A DNA stretch of 64,000 nt from an uncultured Eubacteriales bacterium (GTDB lineage Bacteria > Bacillota > Clostridia > Oscillospirales > Oscillospiraceae), in the NCBI GenBank assembly GCA_900555735.1, contig USMI01000001.1:6330-70329 (forward strand), given 5' to 3'. The position numbers were made by a program, and so were the translations under genes. The notes beneath the pieces are model-generated. The model worked only from the letters and a program-made list of their open reading frames with translations, searched no databases and was not told the origin of the DNA. Positions 29,777 through 41,077 of this stretch are shown piece by piece; the first letter of the stretch is position 1; each line of letters begins with the position of its first letter.

Positions 29777-31033
29777 GTGGAAGCAAAGAAAAATGTACGT
29801 TCCCTGTGGACAAGGGACTTTACGATCATTACGCTGGGCAGCGTTGTTTCCATGCTGGGCAACAGCATGTCGGGCTTCGCGCTGAGCCTGCTGGTGCTGG
29901 ATTATACCCAGTCCAGCATGCTGTACGCCATCTATATCGCCACCTTTACGGTGCCGCAGATCGTGATGCCCATTTTCTCCGGCGCGATTCTGGATCGCTT
30001 TTCCCGAAAGAAAACGATCTATACGCTGGACTTCATTTCATCGGGGATCTACCTCGGCGCGGCATGGATTCTCAGCCGCGGATGGTTCAGCTTTCCGGTG
30101 CTGGCGGTGGGATGCTTCGTTATCGGCTCCATCAACAGCATATACATGGTAGCATACGACAGCTTTTATCCGCTGCTCATCACCGAGGGAAACTACTCCA
30201 AGGCCTACTCCATCGCCAGCGTACTGGAAACGCTGTCGGCTGTAATGGTCCCGGTGGCTACATTCATTTATAATAAGGCGGGCATCGCGCCGCTGCTGGC
30301 AGGCAATGCCCTGTGCTTCCTGATCGCGGCCATCGCGGAGACCCGGATCCGGGCGGAAGAGAAATATATCGAGCAGCAGAAGCAGAATCTGACCGCGCAG
30401 CAAAGCTCCGGACGGCGGCTGCTGCTGGATATCAAAGAGGGCTTTCTGTACCTGTCCGGCGAAAAAGGCCTGCTGGCGGTGGCGGCGTATTTTACGTTCA
30501 GCTGTCTGGCCGGCGGCGCGTCGCAGGTCATCACGCTGCCCTACTTCAAGGGCACGTTTGAAAACGGCGAGTATGTCTACATGCTGGTGTGGGGCATGGC
30601 GCTGGTAGGCCGCGCAATGGGCGGTCTGCTCCACTATAAGGTGCAGCTCCCCACAAAACACAAATACGCCATCGCGCTGGCCGTATACATTATCATATCT
30701 TTGTCAGAGGGCTTTTACCTCTATACGGCGATCCCGGTCATGGCGATCCTGTGCTTCCTTAACGGCGTACTGGGCGTGACCAGCTATACGATCCGCATTT
30801 CCGCCACGCAGAGCTATGTGCCGGACGAGAAAAAGGGACGCTTCAACGGTGCGTTCAATATGCTGAACACCGTGGGAAGCCTTACCGGCCAGCTGGCGGC
30901 GGGCGCACTGACGGCAGTGCTGCTGCCGCGCACGGTGCTGACCGGCTTCATGATGGTAGCAGTTATCGCGGCGGTGGTATTCATCGGCGGAAACCGCACG
31001 GCGGTCAGCGCCATTTACAACCGCCAGCAATAG
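29777..31033 (+). CDS. MFS transporter
   Basis: GAILDRFSRK motif A; about 12 TM segments; GTG start. Confidence 0.88.
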   Translation: MEAKKNVRSLWTRDFTIITLGSVVSMLGNSMSGFALSLLVLDYTQSSMLYAIYIATFTVPQIVMPIFSGAILDRFSRKKTIYTLDFISSGIYLGAAWILSRGWFSFPVLAVGCFVIGSINSIYMVAYDSFYPLLITEGNYSKAYSIASVLETLSAVMVPVATFIYNKAGIAPLLAGNALCFLIAAIAETRIRAEEKYIEQQKQNLTAQQSSGRRLLLDIKEGFLYLSGEKGLLAVAAYFTFSCLAGGASQVITLPYFKGTFENGEYVYMLVWGMALVGRAMGGLLHYKVQLPTKHKYAIALAVYIIISLSEGFYLYTAIPVMAILCFLNGVLGVTSYTIRISATQSYVPDEKKGRFNGAFNMLNTVGSLTGQLAAGALTAVLLPRTVLTGFMMVAVIAAVVFIGGNRTAVSAIYNRQQ

Positions 31034-31096
31034 CAACTATGGCAAACCGGCAGCCTGACCGCACAGGCTGCGCAACACAACAAGGAGGAACCGACC

Positions 31097-32803
31097 ATGA
31101 AATTTTCAGAGATGCCTTATCAGCGCCCTGATCCGGAGGCAGTCAAGCAGCAGATGACCGCTTTGACCCAGCGGCTGGAGCACGCAGCGTCCTATGAGGA
31201 GGCGCGGCAGGCCTTTCTGGATCAGCAGGCAGCGTCCCGCTCCGTGGAGACGCAGGCGACGCTGGCATCCGTCCGCCACTCCATCGACACCCGCGACGCT
31301 TTCTATGACGCGGAGGAAAAGTTCTGGAACACCTTCGGGCCGGAGCTGGAGGAGTATGAGCAGGCATGGAAGGCCGCTATGCTGGCCTCCCCGTTCCGCA
31401 AGGACTTTACCGCCGAGTTCGGCGATCTGATGTTCCTGAATACCGAGATCGCCCGCAAGAGCTTCTCCCCGGAGATCATTCCAGAAATGCAGCAGGAGAA
31501 CGAGCTGACGCAGGAGTATGAAAAGCTGCTGGCTTCGGCGCAGGTCCCCTTCGAGGGCAAGGTCTACACCCTGTCCCAGCTGCAGCCTATGAAAACGGAT
31601 CTTGACGACGCGCGCCGTCTGGCGGCATGGAAGGCCGACGCCCAGTGGTCCATGGAGCACGCCGAGGAGCTGGACACCCTGTACGACAAGCTGGTGCACC
31701 TGCGGGACACCATGGGCAAGAAGCTGGGCTATGAGGGCTATACCACGCTGGGCTACTACCGCATGACCCGCAACTGCTACACCAAGGAGGACGTGGAGAA
31801 GTTCCGCGCCGCGGTGCAGAAATATCTGGTTCCGGTGGCCGACAAGATCTACCGCAAGCAGGCGGAGCGGCTGGGCAAGAGCTATCCCCTGAGCTTCGCG
31901 GACGCGGCGCTGGAGTTCCGTTCCGGCAACCCCCGCCCCGTTGGCGCGCCTGACGATATTCTGGCGCAGGGCATGAAGTTCTACGGCGAGCTGTCGCCGG
32001 AGACGAAGGAATTCTTCCGCACCATGCTGGACAACGAGCTGCTGGACGTGCTGAGCACCGAGGGCAAGCGGGCCGGCGGCTACTGCACCAGTCTGGGCGA
32101 CTACGAGGTCCCCTTCATTTTCGCCAACTTCAACGGCACCCAGCATGACGTGGAGGTGGTGACCCACGAGGCCGGTCACGCCTTTGCCAGCTGGGTCAAC
32201 CGCAAGCGCATCCCCTCCAGCTATATCTGGCCTACCATGGAGGCCTGCGAGGTACACTCCATGAGCATGGAGTTCTTTGCGTGGCCGTGGGCCGAGGGCT
32301 TCTTCGGCCCGGATACCCGCAAGTTCCTGTACAGCCATCTGGCCGGTGCGCTGACGTTCATTCCCTACGGCACCATGGTGGATCACTTCCAGCATATCGT
32401 CTACGAGAAGCCCGACATGACACCCGCAGAGCGCAATGCCGCATGGAAAGAGCTGACCGCTGTCTATACGCCCTGGCTCAACATGAACGACAGCGACCTG
32501 CCCTTCTATACCGAGGGCCGCCGCTGGCAGCGTCAGACCCATATCTACGTCACGCCCTTCTACTACATTGACTATTGTCTGGCGCAGACCGTGTCGCTGG
32601 AGTTCTGGGCCATGATCCAGAAGGATCCGGCCGATGCGTGGAAGCACTATATGGCCTACGCCGAGCAGGGCGGCAGCCGTACCTTCACTGAGCTGCTGCG
32701 GAACGCCGGTCTGGAAAGCCCCTTTGACGAAAACTGCCTGCGGGGCGTGTGCGCCGCGGCGGAAAAGTGGCTGGATGATTACGACATGACCGGCATCCTG
32801 TAA
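31097..32803 (+). CDS. M3 family oligoendopeptidase
   Basis: GKRAGGYC, THEAGH, EVHSMSME, PFYYIDY. Confidence 0.92.
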   Translation: MKFSEMPYQRPDPEAVKQQMTALTQRLEHAASYEEARQAFLDQQAASRSVETQATLASVRHSIDTRDAFYDAEEKFWNTFGPELEEYEQAWKAAMLASPFRKDFTAEFGDLMFLNTEIARKSFSPEIIPEMQQENELTQEYEKLLASAQVPFEGKVYTLSQLQPMKTDLDDARRLAAWKADAQWSMEHAEELDTLYDKLVHLRDTMGKKLGYEGYTTLGYYRMTRNCYTKEDVEKFRAAVQKYLVPVADKIYRKQAERLGKSYPLSFADAALEFRSGNPRPVGAPDDILAQGMKFYGELSPETKEFFRTMLDNELLDVLSTEGKRAGGYCTSLGDYEVPFIFANFNGTQHDVEVVTHEAGHAFASWVNRKRIPSSYIWPTMEACEVHSMSMEFFAWPWAEGFFGPDTRKFLYSHLAGALTFIPYGTMVDHFQHIVYEKPDMTPAERNAAWKELTAVYTPWLNMNDSDLPFYTEGRRWQRQTHIYVTPFYYIDYCLAQTVSLEFWAMIQKDPADAWKHYMAYAEQGGSRTFTELLRNAGLESPFDENCLRGVCAAAEKWLDDYDMTGIL

Positions 32804-33369
32804 TGGCCGAGGAAAAAAAGCGGCGGGGACGCCGCGACCATCTCAATGACTTCTACCGCGATGTATCCGGCAACTACATCTATACCGGCGCGTGCTATGT
32901 CTGCACCGGTGGGCCGCAGGCGCGTACCGTGCTGCTGCGCCGCCTGTGGCTGATGACCGTCGTAATGGCGATCGCGGTGGTGGCCGGAGGCTGTATCTCC
33001 GCGCCGGGTGTCGGGCGGTGCTTCTATGTGCTGCTGCCCTATGCCGCGCAGATCGGCGTCACCGGCAGCATCGTGTGGGCCATGACACGCTGGCAGGTAA
33101 GGGAGTACCCCATGCGTGCCTATGTCTATCAGGCGACGGTGAAGGCCCTGCCGGGCCGCTGTCTGGCCGGTGCCATACTGGCCGGAGCCGGTCTGATCGC
33201 CGAAACGGTGTACCTGCTGCTCTCCGGCAGCGGCGGACGCGGCGCGGCGGCGGCAGTTTATCTGCTGCTTCAGGCATGTGTCCTTGTGCTGGCGCTGCTG
33301 GCACGCCGCAGCGTGCTGCAAAGCCAATGGCAGCCGGCGGAGGGCAGTAACGGCCTGACAACCGAATAA
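32803..33369 (+). CDS. Hypothetical membrane protein (about 4 TM)
   Basis: TAATG coupling to the peptidase; hydrophobic segments. Confidence 0.7.
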   Translation: MAEEKKRRGRRDHLNDFYRDVSGNYIYTGACYVCTGGPQARTVLLRRLWLMTVVMAIAVVAGGCISAPGVGRCFYVLLPYAAQIGVTGSIVWAMTRWQVREYPMRAYVYQATVKALPGRCLAGAILAGAGLIAETVYLLLSGSGGRGAAAAVYLLLQACVLVLALLARRSVLQSQWQPAEGSNGLTTE

Positions 33370-33545
33370 GGGAGACTGCCGCCTTTCCGGTACGGAACAG
33401 CGCCCTGAACCGTGCGCTTTGCCGGCAAACGACAGTCTCATAAATGGGGGTACCCCCATTTCCTGCGCGCTTCGCGCGCAGGAGCATTGTGTATGCTCTG
33501 CGGGCATATGCCCGTTGTTGCAAATATTAAAAAGGAGTATGATTT

Positions 33546-35813
33546 ATGAAAAAAACACTCGCGCTGATCCTGTCTCTGATCATGTGTGTCAGCCTGTTCA
33601 CCGCCTGCGGTAACGGCAACAACAATGGTCAGCAGGATTCGACCACCAAGACTCTTGTGGTCGGTACGCAGAACTTCGACGGTAAGTTCTCTCCCTTCTT
33701 CTACACCAACGATTATGAAAACCAGGTCATGAGCATGGTTTTCGACGCCCTGCTGGGCACCGACCGTGAAGGCGCCGTGGTGCTGAAGGGCATCGAGGGC
33801 GACGTTCGTCCCTACAACGGCACCGACTATACATACACCGGCATTGCCGACTGTGATATCGTCGAGAACGCCGACGGCACCGTGGACTACAACATCACCA
33901 TGAAAGAGGGCGTGAAGTTCTCCGACGGTACCGAGATGACCATTGACGACGTTATCTTCTCTTACTACGTCCTGCTGGACCCCACCTATGACGGTGTGTC
34001 CACTCTGTACTCCATCCCCATCGAGGGTCTGGAGGCCTACCGTTCCGGTATGGATTCCCGCATGAACCTGATCCTGGCTGCCGGTCCTGACGGCTACACT
34101 GCCAACGACTACTTCACCGAGGATCAGTACAACACCTTCTGGGCTGCCTTCAACGCCGCTGGCGAGAAGTTCGCTCAGGAGATCGTGGATTACTGTGTGG
34201 CCGCCGGCGACGCTGCTGACGCCAACGATGTCGCTACCGCCGCTGGCGCTTGGGGCTTCGACGGTCTGGCTGCCGACGCTACCGCTGCTGACTTCTGGGC
34301 CGCCATCGTGGCTAAGTACGGCTATGACATCACCGACGACGGCATCAATGCCGAGACCGCCGGCACCAGCATCTCCGCTCTGATCGAGGCCGAGATCGGT
34401 GACACCTTCTCCGACTACACCGTCGGCGTGCAGACCGGTGAGTCCGCCGCCAACGTCTCCGGTATCGTCAAGACCGGCGACTACTCCATGACCGTCACCC
34501 TGACCGAGGTCAGCGCCAGCGCGATCTATCAGATCCCCGTGACCGTCTGCCCCATGCACTACTACGGCGAGACCGAGAAGTACGATTACGACAACAACAA
34601 GTTCGGCTTTGACAAGGGCGACCTGTCCCACGTCAAGTCCGTCACCTCCGCTCCTGTCGGCTCCGGCCCCTACACCTTCGAGAGCTATTCCAACGGCGCT
34701 GTGACCCTGCAGAAGAACGCCGGCTACTGGAAGGGCGAGCCCAAGATCGACACCATCATCTGGCGCGAGATGCAGGATGTGGATAAGATCCCCGGCGTCG
34801 TTTCCGGTACCATCGACATCACCGATCCCTCCTACTCTTCCGAGGCTGCCGAGCAGATCAAGAAGGCCAACTCCAACGGCGAGATCTCCGGTGACGTGCT
34901 GCAGACCGATCTGGTCGCCAATCTGGGCTATGGCTACGTCGGCTTCAACGCCAACCGCGTGAAGGTCGGCAACGGCAATGGCGGCGACGAGGCCTCCAAG
35001 GATCTGCGTAAGGCTATCGCTACCGTGATCGCTGTTTACCGTGATGTGGCTGTCGACTCCTACTATGGTGAGTTCGCCAACGTCATCAACTACCCCATCT
35101 CCGATACCTCCTGGGCCGCTCCCCGTGTCACTGATGAAGACTACAAGGTCGCCTTCTCCGTCGACGTGGACGGCAATGACATCTACACCGAGGGCATGAC
35201 CGCTGACGAGCGTTACGCCGCCGCCAAGCAGGCCGCTCTGGGCTACTTCGAGGCTGCTGGCTACACCGTCACCGACGGCAAGATCACTGCTGCTCCTGCT
35301 GACGCTCCCATGGACGCTGAGGTCATGGTCGGCGGCAGCGGCACGGGCGACCACCCCACCTTCATGGCTCTGACCCTGGCCTCCGAGGCTCTGAAGGAGA
35401 TCGGCTTCAACCTGATCGTCTCCGATATGTCCAACTTCTCCGAGATGACCAACGCCATCAACGCCGGCAACGTGGATATGTTCGCCATGGCATGGCAGGC
35501 CACTCCCGATCCCGATATGTATCAGATCTATCACAGCAACGGTGGCTCCAACGAGAAGTCCTACTGGATCAAGGACGCTGAGCTGGACGACCTGATCATG
35601 CAGGCCCGCCAGTCCACCGATCAGACCTATCGTAAGACCCTGTATAAGGAGTGCCTGGACATCGTGGCCGACTGGGCGGTGGAGATCCCTGTCTACCAGC
35701 GTCAGAATTGCATCATTCTGTCTTCTCAGCGCGTGGATCTGGATACCGTCACTCCCGACATCACCACCTATTGGAGCTGGTACAACGATCTGGAGCTGCT
35801 GGACGTTAAGTAA
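33546..35813 (+). CDS. oppA: Oligopeptide ABC transporter substrate-binding lipoprotein
   Basis: Lipobox FTAC; GVKFSDGTEMTIDDVIFSY, PVGSGPY, LRKAI; codon bias typical of high expression. Confidence 0.9.
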   Translation: MKKTLALILSLIMCVSLFTACGNGNNNGQQDSTTKTLVVGTQNFDGKFSPFFYTNDYENQVMSMVFDALLGTDREGAVVLKGIEGDVRPYNGTDYTYTGIADCDIVENADGTVDYNITMKEGVKFSDGTEMTIDDVIFSYYVLLDPTYDGVSTLYSIPIEGLEAYRSGMDSRMNLILAAGPDGYTANDYFTEDQYNTFWAAFNAAGEKFAQEIVDYCVAAGDAADANDVATAAGAWGFDGLAADATAADFWAAIVAKYGYDITDDGINAETAGTSISALIEAEIGDTFSDYTVGVQTGESAANVSGIVKTGDYSMTVTLTEVSASAIYQIPVTVCPMHYYGETEKYDYDNNKFGFDKGDLSHVKSVTSAPVGSGPYTFESYSNGAVTLQKNAGYWKGEPKIDTIIWREMQDVDKIPGVVSGTIDITDPSYSSEAAEQIKKANSNGEISGDVLQTDLVANLGYGYVGFNANRVKVGNGNGGDEASKDLRKAIATVIAVYRDVAVDSYYGEFANVINYPISDTSWAAPRVTDEDYKVAFSVDVDGNDIYTEGMTADERYAAAKQAALGYFEAAGYTVTDGKITAAPADAPMDAEVMVGGSGTGDHPTFMALTLASEALKEIGFNLIVSDMSNFSEMTNAINAGNVDMFAMAWQATPDPDMYQIYHSNGGSNEKSYWIKDAELDDLIMQARQSTDQTYRKTLYKECLDIVADWAVEIPVYQRQNCIILSSQRVDLDTVTPDITTYWSWYNDLELLDVK

Positions 35814-36055
35814 GCTTCGGTTCTATACATCTGTTTTTTCCTTAAAGGCTTTGACCTTTAAGATGGGTACCCTGCGGCTGAAAAGCCGCAGGGTATCCTA
35901 TCCCCAGACTCTCTGCGTATGAGTCAGGCGGTTCGACGTCCATGCCGGAACGACTGCCTGATACGCAAAGACCCGTCATCATTACGCAGTACCATATCAA
36001 ACGAGGGCGGCCATCCCCTGCGCAGGGCATGGCCGGCTGAAAACGGAGGGATCAT

Positions 36056-37042
36056 ATGCGCAAATTTTTAGTCAAACGCACGCTGCTGTCAATTCTGATC
36101 TTGTTTTTCGTGACATTCATCATCTATGTGTTGATGCGCTGTCTCCCCGCCTCTTATGTGGAAACGATGGCGCGGCAGCTGTCTCAGGCCCCCGGCTCCA
36201 AGCCCTATGAGGAATGGCTGGCACAGCTGAACGCACAATACGGTCTGGATCTGGACCTGATCCCCGGCTTCTTCGTACAGCTGAAAAACCTTGTTACCGG
36301 CAACTTCGGCGACAGCTGGAAGTATACGGTGCCCGTGCTGCAAAAGTTCAACGAGGTCATTTGGGTGTCCTTCATCATGGGCGCCATCTCCCTTGTGTTT
36401 GAGCTGCTGATCGCGGTGCCTTTGGGCATCGTGGCCGCCACCAAGCAGTACAGCGTGACTGACTATACCGTCACTACCATCGCCCTGCTGGGCATGTCCC
36501 TGCCTACCTTCTTCTTCGCCACGCTGCTGAAGCTGGTGTTCTCCGTGAAGCTGGGCTGGTTCGATCTGGTGGGCCTGACAGGACGTGACTTCAACACACT
36601 GAGCGCCTTCGGCCAGCTGCTGGATATGGCAAAGCATCTGGTGCTGCCCATCGTGACGCTGGTGTTCATCTCCATCGGCCCGTGGATGCGCTACGTCCGC
36701 ACCAACATGCTGGAGGTACTGAACGCCGACTATATCCGTACCGCCCGCGCCAAGGGCCTGTCGGAAAAGAAGGTCATTTATCACCACGCATTCCGCAACA
36801 CGCTGATCCCGCTGGTCACCTTCATCGGCGGCAGCCTGCCCGGCCTGTTCGCCGGCGCCCTGATCACCGAGACGCTGTTTGCCATCCCCGGTATCGGTTA
36901 CATCTCCTATAACGCCATGGTGGCCGGCGATATCCCGTTCTCCATGTTCTACATGACGTTTTTGGCGATCCTGACCCTGTTGGGCAACCTGATCTCCGAC
37001 ATTCTGTACGCCGTGGTCGACCCGCGGGTACGCATCGCTTGA
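36056..37042 (+). CDS. oppB: Oligopeptide ABC permease
   Basis: DYIRTARAKGL, ITETLFAIPGIG, DPRVR. Confidence 0.92.
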   Translation: MRKFLVKRTLLSILILFFVTFIIYVLMRCLPASYVETMARQLSQAPGSKPYEEWLAQLNAQYGLDLDLIPGFFVQLKNLVTGNFGDSWKYTVPVLQKFNEVIWVSFIMGAISLVFELLIAVPLGIVAATKQYSVTDYTVTTIALLGMSLPTFFFATLLKLVFSVKLGWFDLVGLTGRDFNTLSAFGQLLDMAKHLVLPIVTLVFISIGPWMRYVRTNMLEVLNADYIRTARAKGLSEKKVIYHHAFRNTLIPLVTFIGGSLPGLFAGALITETLFAIPGIGYISYNAMVAGDIPFSMFYMTFLAILTLLGNLISDILYAVVDPRVRIA

Positions 37043-37060
37043 GAAGGGAGGACGTGAAGC

Positions 37061-38713
37061 ATGAGTTATTTCGACGATAAGAAGGATAAAGATTTGTCCG
37101 TTCCCGGCCATGGGCAGGGAATGCCGGGCACCGATGCCCGCCGCCGCTCCTACGAGCTGAACGAGGAATACGCAGGCAAGGACAACACGCCCTCCGAGGA
37201 CAACAAGCCTCATGAGGATTACTCTCTGAGCGACGACCGCCGCGTCAAGGTCCTGTCGCCCGGTACGCTGGTGGCCAAGCGGTTCTTCCGCAACCGGCTG
37301 GCCGTGGTGGGCCTGACCATTCTGGCTGTCATGTTCATCTTCTCCTTTGTCGGCGGCCTTGTCAGCCCCTACGGACAGGATCAGGTATTCTACCGCGACG
37401 ATATCCAGATGAAGGAATACGCCGCCATGTCCGAGAACACCGAGTACCGTTATCTGGTAGCGGACGGTCAGGAATTCGGTGCCGTTCTGCAGGCGCAGCT
37501 GACGCTGCACATGGGCAAGAACGAGGAATTCACCTACAAGGGCATCACCTATACCGTCACGGAGGAGGGCGACAGCCTGTATTCCGTGTCGCAGGGTGAC
37601 ACGCTGTTGGCGGTGGCCTATAAGGACATCATCAACCCCAGTGTCACCGGCGAGAAGTTCAGCTTCAACTTCACCTTCAACGCTCTGAAGGCCCACGTCA
37701 ACGGTGAGCCGGAGTTCACCGCCGACGGCAAGACCTATGCCATGGACGACGGCAGCGTTATGCTGGACGGCGAGGAGATCGCCTACATCAGCCGCTACGT
37801 GATCCAGTCCAAGGTAGCCGGCACCGTGATCTCCAAGGAGTTCAAGGAGCGCGTCCTTGAGGCCGTGGAGAAGGGCGAAACGCAGATCGAATACACCAAT
37901 GAAAACGGCGAGGTCCGCGAGATCGAGCTGTCCTATAACCCCGCCAAGTATCAGTGGTCCATCAAGGAGGGTACGTCCACCCGCGTGTTCGACGACTACT
38001 CCTTCCCCACCAAGACGCATCTGCTGGGTACCGATAAGAACGGTATGGATATGCTGACCCGCCTGATGTACGGCGGCCGCGTGTCCCTGTGCATCGGCTT
38101 CATCGTGGTCATCATTTCCGCCACGCTGGGCGTGATCCTCGGCGGCGTCTCCGGCTACTTCGGCGGCTGGGTGGACAATTTGATCATGCGTATCGTGGAT
38201 ATTTTCTACTGCATCCCCTCCACGCCCCTCATCATCATTCTGGGCGCGGCCATGGACGGTATGCGCGTCGATCCGCAGATCCGTATGCTGTACCTGATGT
38301 TGATTCTTGGCTTCCTTGGTTGGCCGGGCATCGCCCGTCTCGTCCGCGGCCAGATCCTGTCCCTGCGCGAGCAGGAGTTCATGACCGCCACCGAGGCCTG
38401 CGGCATCAGCGTTTCCCGCCGTATCTTCCGGCATCTGATCCCCAACGTGATCCCGCAGCTGATCGTCAACTGCACCATGAGCCTCGGCTCCACCATCATC
38501 ACGGAAGCCACACTGTCCTTCCTTGGTCTGGGCGTCAAGTTCCCCTTCGCTTCCTGGGGCAACATCATGAACGACGTTTCCAACTCCTACGTGCTGACAG
38601 AGTACTGGTTCATCTGGATCCCCGCCGGTGTCTGCCTGATGCTGACGGTGCTGGGCTTCAACTTCGTGGGCGACGGTCTGCGTGACGCGTTCGACCCGAA
38701 GATGAAGCGCTGA
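37061..38713 (+). CDS. oppC: Oligopeptide ABC permease with a large extracytoplasmic insertion
   Basis: RFFRNRLA, HLLGTDKNG, EATLSFLGLG, GDGLRDAFDP. Confidence 0.92.
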   Translation: MSYFDDKKDKDLSVPGHGQGMPGTDARRRSYELNEEYAGKDNTPSEDNKPHEDYSLSDDRRVKVLSPGTLVAKRFFRNRLAVVGLTILAVMFIFSFVGGLVSPYGQDQVFYRDDIQMKEYAAMSENTEYRYLVADGQEFGAVLQAQLTLHMGKNEEFTYKGITYTVTEEGDSLYSVSQGDTLLAVAYKDIINPSVTGEKFSFNFTFNALKAHVNGEPEFTADGKTYAMDDGSVMLDGEEIAYISRYVIQSKVAGTVISKEFKERVLEAVEKGETQIEYTNENGEVREIELSYNPAKYQWSIKEGTSTRVFDDYSFPTKTHLLGTDKNGMDMLTRLMYGGRVSLCIGFIVVIISATLGVILGGVSGYFGGWVDNLIMRIVDIFYCIPSTPLIIILGAAMDGMRVDPQIRMLYLMLILGFLGWPGIARLVRGQILSLREQEFMTATEACGISVSRRIFRHLIPNVIPQLIVNCTMSLGSTIITEATLSFLGLGVKFPFASWGNIMNDVSNSYVLTEYWFIWIPAGVCLMLTVLGFNFVGDGLRDAFDPKMKR

Positions 38714-38730
38714 GAAAGGAGAGAAACGGA

Positions 38731-39939
38731 ATGGCTAAGAAGCATAATGACGGCTATCTGTCCGCGAAGGAATCCCGCCGTATTTCCAAGGAAAACCGCA
38801 AGATCACCAACGAGCTGGAGAAAAAGCGCAAGCGGAAGAACGTGCCGGAGACGGAGTATCTCACTCAGATGCACGATCCCAATAACGCTGTGGAGTTCGA
38901 TAACCTCCACACCTACTTCTTTACGGACACCGGCGTGGTCAAGTCCGTGGACGGCGTCACCTTTTCCGTGCCCATCGGCAAGACCGTGGGCGTGGTGGGC
39001 GAATCCGGCTGCGGCAAGTCCGTTACCAGTCTGTCCCTGATGCAGCTGCTGCAGCGGCCGCAGGGTCAGGTGGTCGAGGGTGAGATCCGCCTGAATCTGG
39101 GCAATAAGGCCTACGACGTGACGAAAACGCCGGACGAGGTGATGCAGCACCTGCGCGGCAACGTGGTCTCCATGATCTTTCAGGAGCCGATGACGGCGCT
39201 GAACCCGGTGTTCCGCATCGGCGACCAGCTGGACGAGGTCATTGCCCTTCACGACGACAAGCATCAGAGTGCAGAAGAGATCAAGGCGCACTCCATCAAG
39301 CTGCTGGAGATGGTGGGCATCGCCAACAGCGAGGGCGTTTACAAGAACTTCCCCCACGAGCTGTCCGGCGGTATGCGCCAGCGCGTCATGATCGCCATGG
39401 CTCTGGCGTGCAGTCCCCGGCTTATCATCGCCGATGAGCCGACCACGGCGCTGGACGTGACGATTCAGGCCCAGATCCTTGATCTGCTGCGGAACCTGAA
39501 GGATAAGATCAATTCCTCCATCATGTTCATCACCCACGATTTGGGCGTTATCGCCGAGATGGCGGATTATGTGGTGGTCATGTACGCCGGCCGCATCGTG
39601 GAGCAGGGCACGGCGGAGGAGATCTTTGCCCATCCCGCACATCCCTATACCATCGGTCTGATGGCCTCCAAGCCTGTGGTGGGCCGGCAGGTGGATAAGC
39701 TTTATTCCATCCCCGGCAAGGTGCCGAATCCCATCAACATGCCGAACTACTGCTACTTCAAGGATCGCTGCGAGATGTGCGTCGAACCGTGCGACGGCGC
39801 GTATCCCTGTGAGGTCAGCATCTCTCCCACTCACAAGGTGTCCTGCTACCGCTACTATGACGGCAAGCGGCCCGATCTGGAGGAGCAGGTAGAGGAAGAA
39901 CTGACCGGCGGCGCTGACAACGGAAAGGTGGGTGAGTGA
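38731..39939 (+). CDS. oppD: Oligopeptide ABC ATPase
   Basis: [29 protein letters not shown]. Confidence 0.92.
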   Translation: MAKKHNDGYLSAKESRRISKENRKITNELEKKRKRKNVPETEYLTQMHDPNNAVEFDNLHTYFFTDTGVVKSVDGVTFSVPIGKTVGVVGESGCGKSVTSLSLMQLLQRPQGQVVEGEIRLNLGNKAYDVTKTPDEVMQHLRGNVVSMIFQEPMTALNPVFRIGDQLDEVIALHDDKHQSAEEIKAHSIKLLEMVGIANSEGVYKNFPHELSGGMRQRVMIAMALACSPRLIIADEPTTALDVTIQAQILDLLRNLKDKINSSIMFITHDLGVIAEMADYVVVMYAGRIVEQGTAEEIFAHPAHPYTIGLMASKPVVGRQVDKLYSIPGKVPNPINMPNYCYFKDRCEMCVEPCDGAYPCEVSISPTHKVSCYRYYDGKRPDLEEQVEEELTGGADNGKVGE

Positions 39940-41077
39940 TATGCCGTTTTGGAAAGCAGGAAAGAACGACGATCAGGTCCTCGATGAGCTGAAAGAGACT
40001 CAGAGCCAGAATGCCAACGATTTCGTCAAGGAACAGGCGCATGCCAAAGAGGCGAAGAAGTCCTCCCTCATCATCGAAAATAATTTCACCCCTGTGGAGT
40101 ACGACCCCCAGTACATTCTGCAGGTCAATCAGCTGAAGAAGTATTTCCCCATCAAGGGCGGCATGGTGTCCAAGACCGTGGGCTATGTCAAGGCCGTGGA
40201 CGGTGTGACGTTCAACCTCAAGCGCGGTACCACCATGGGTCTGGTGGGCGAGTCCGGCTGCGGCAAGACCACCACAGGCCGTACCATCCTGCGTCTGTAT
40301 GACGAGAAATCCGGCGGACAGGTACTGTTCAACGGAAAAGAGGTCTATGACCTGTCTCCCAAGGAGATGCGCGCCATGCGCACCAAGATGCAGATCATCT
40401 TCCAGGACCCCTTCTCCTCCCTGTCTCCCCGTATGCCGGTAGGTGAGATCATCGGCGAGGCGGTGCGCGAGCATAATCTGGTGCCGAAGGAAGAATTCGA
40501 CGACTATATCGACACGATCATGGACAACTGCGGCCTGCAGTCCTTCCACCGTGACCGCTATCCCCATGAGTTCTCCGGCGGCCAGCGGCAGCGTATCTGC
40601 ATCGCCCGCGCACTGGCGCTGAACCCCGAGTTCATCGTCTGCGACGAGCCTGTGTCCGCGCTGGACGTGTCCATTCAGGCGCAGATCATCAACCTGCTGA
40701 AGGACATTCAGCAGAAGTACAACCTGACGTACCTGTTCATCAGCCACGATCTGTCGGTGGTGGAGCACATCTCCGACACGGTGGGCGTCATGTATCTGGG
40801 CAATCTGGTGGAGTACGGCGCGACGGAGGACATCTTCCGCAACCCGCTGCACCCCTATACAAAGGCGCTGTTCTCCGCCATCCCCATCCCCGATCCCACG
40901 GTGAAGATGAACCGTATCGTGCTGGAGGGCAGCATCCCCTCTCCGGCCAATCCGCCCAAGGGCTGCAAGTTCCACACGCGGTGCGCCAACTGCATGGCCT
41001 GCTGCAAGGAGGAGGCGCCGGTGCAGCGTGAGCTGGAGCCGGGTCACTTTGTGGCCTGCCACCTGTATGATAAGTAA
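39932..41077 (+). CDS. oppF: Oligopeptide ABC ATPase (ATG 39941 is an alternative start)
   Basis: GESGCGKT, FSGGQRQR, CDEPVSALD, VACH. Confidence 0.92.
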   Translation: MSDMPFWKAGKNDDQVLDELKETQSQNANDFVKEQAHAKEAKKSSLIIENNFTPVEYDPQYILQVNQLKKYFPIKGGMVSKTVGYVKAVDGVTFNLKRGTTMGLVGESGCGKTTTGRTILRLYDEKSGGQVLFNGKEVYDLSPKEMRAMRTKMQIIFQDPFSSLSPRMPVGEIIGEAVREHNLVPKEEFDDYIDTIMDNCGLQSFHRDRYPHEFSGGQRQRICIARALALNPEFIVCDEPVSALDVSIQAQIINLLKDIQQKYNLTYLFISHDLSVVEHISDTVGVMYLGNLVEYGATEDIFRNPLHPYTKALFSAIPIPDPTVKMNRIVLEGSIPSPANPPKGCKFHTRCANCMACCKEEAPVQRELEPGHFVACHLYDK

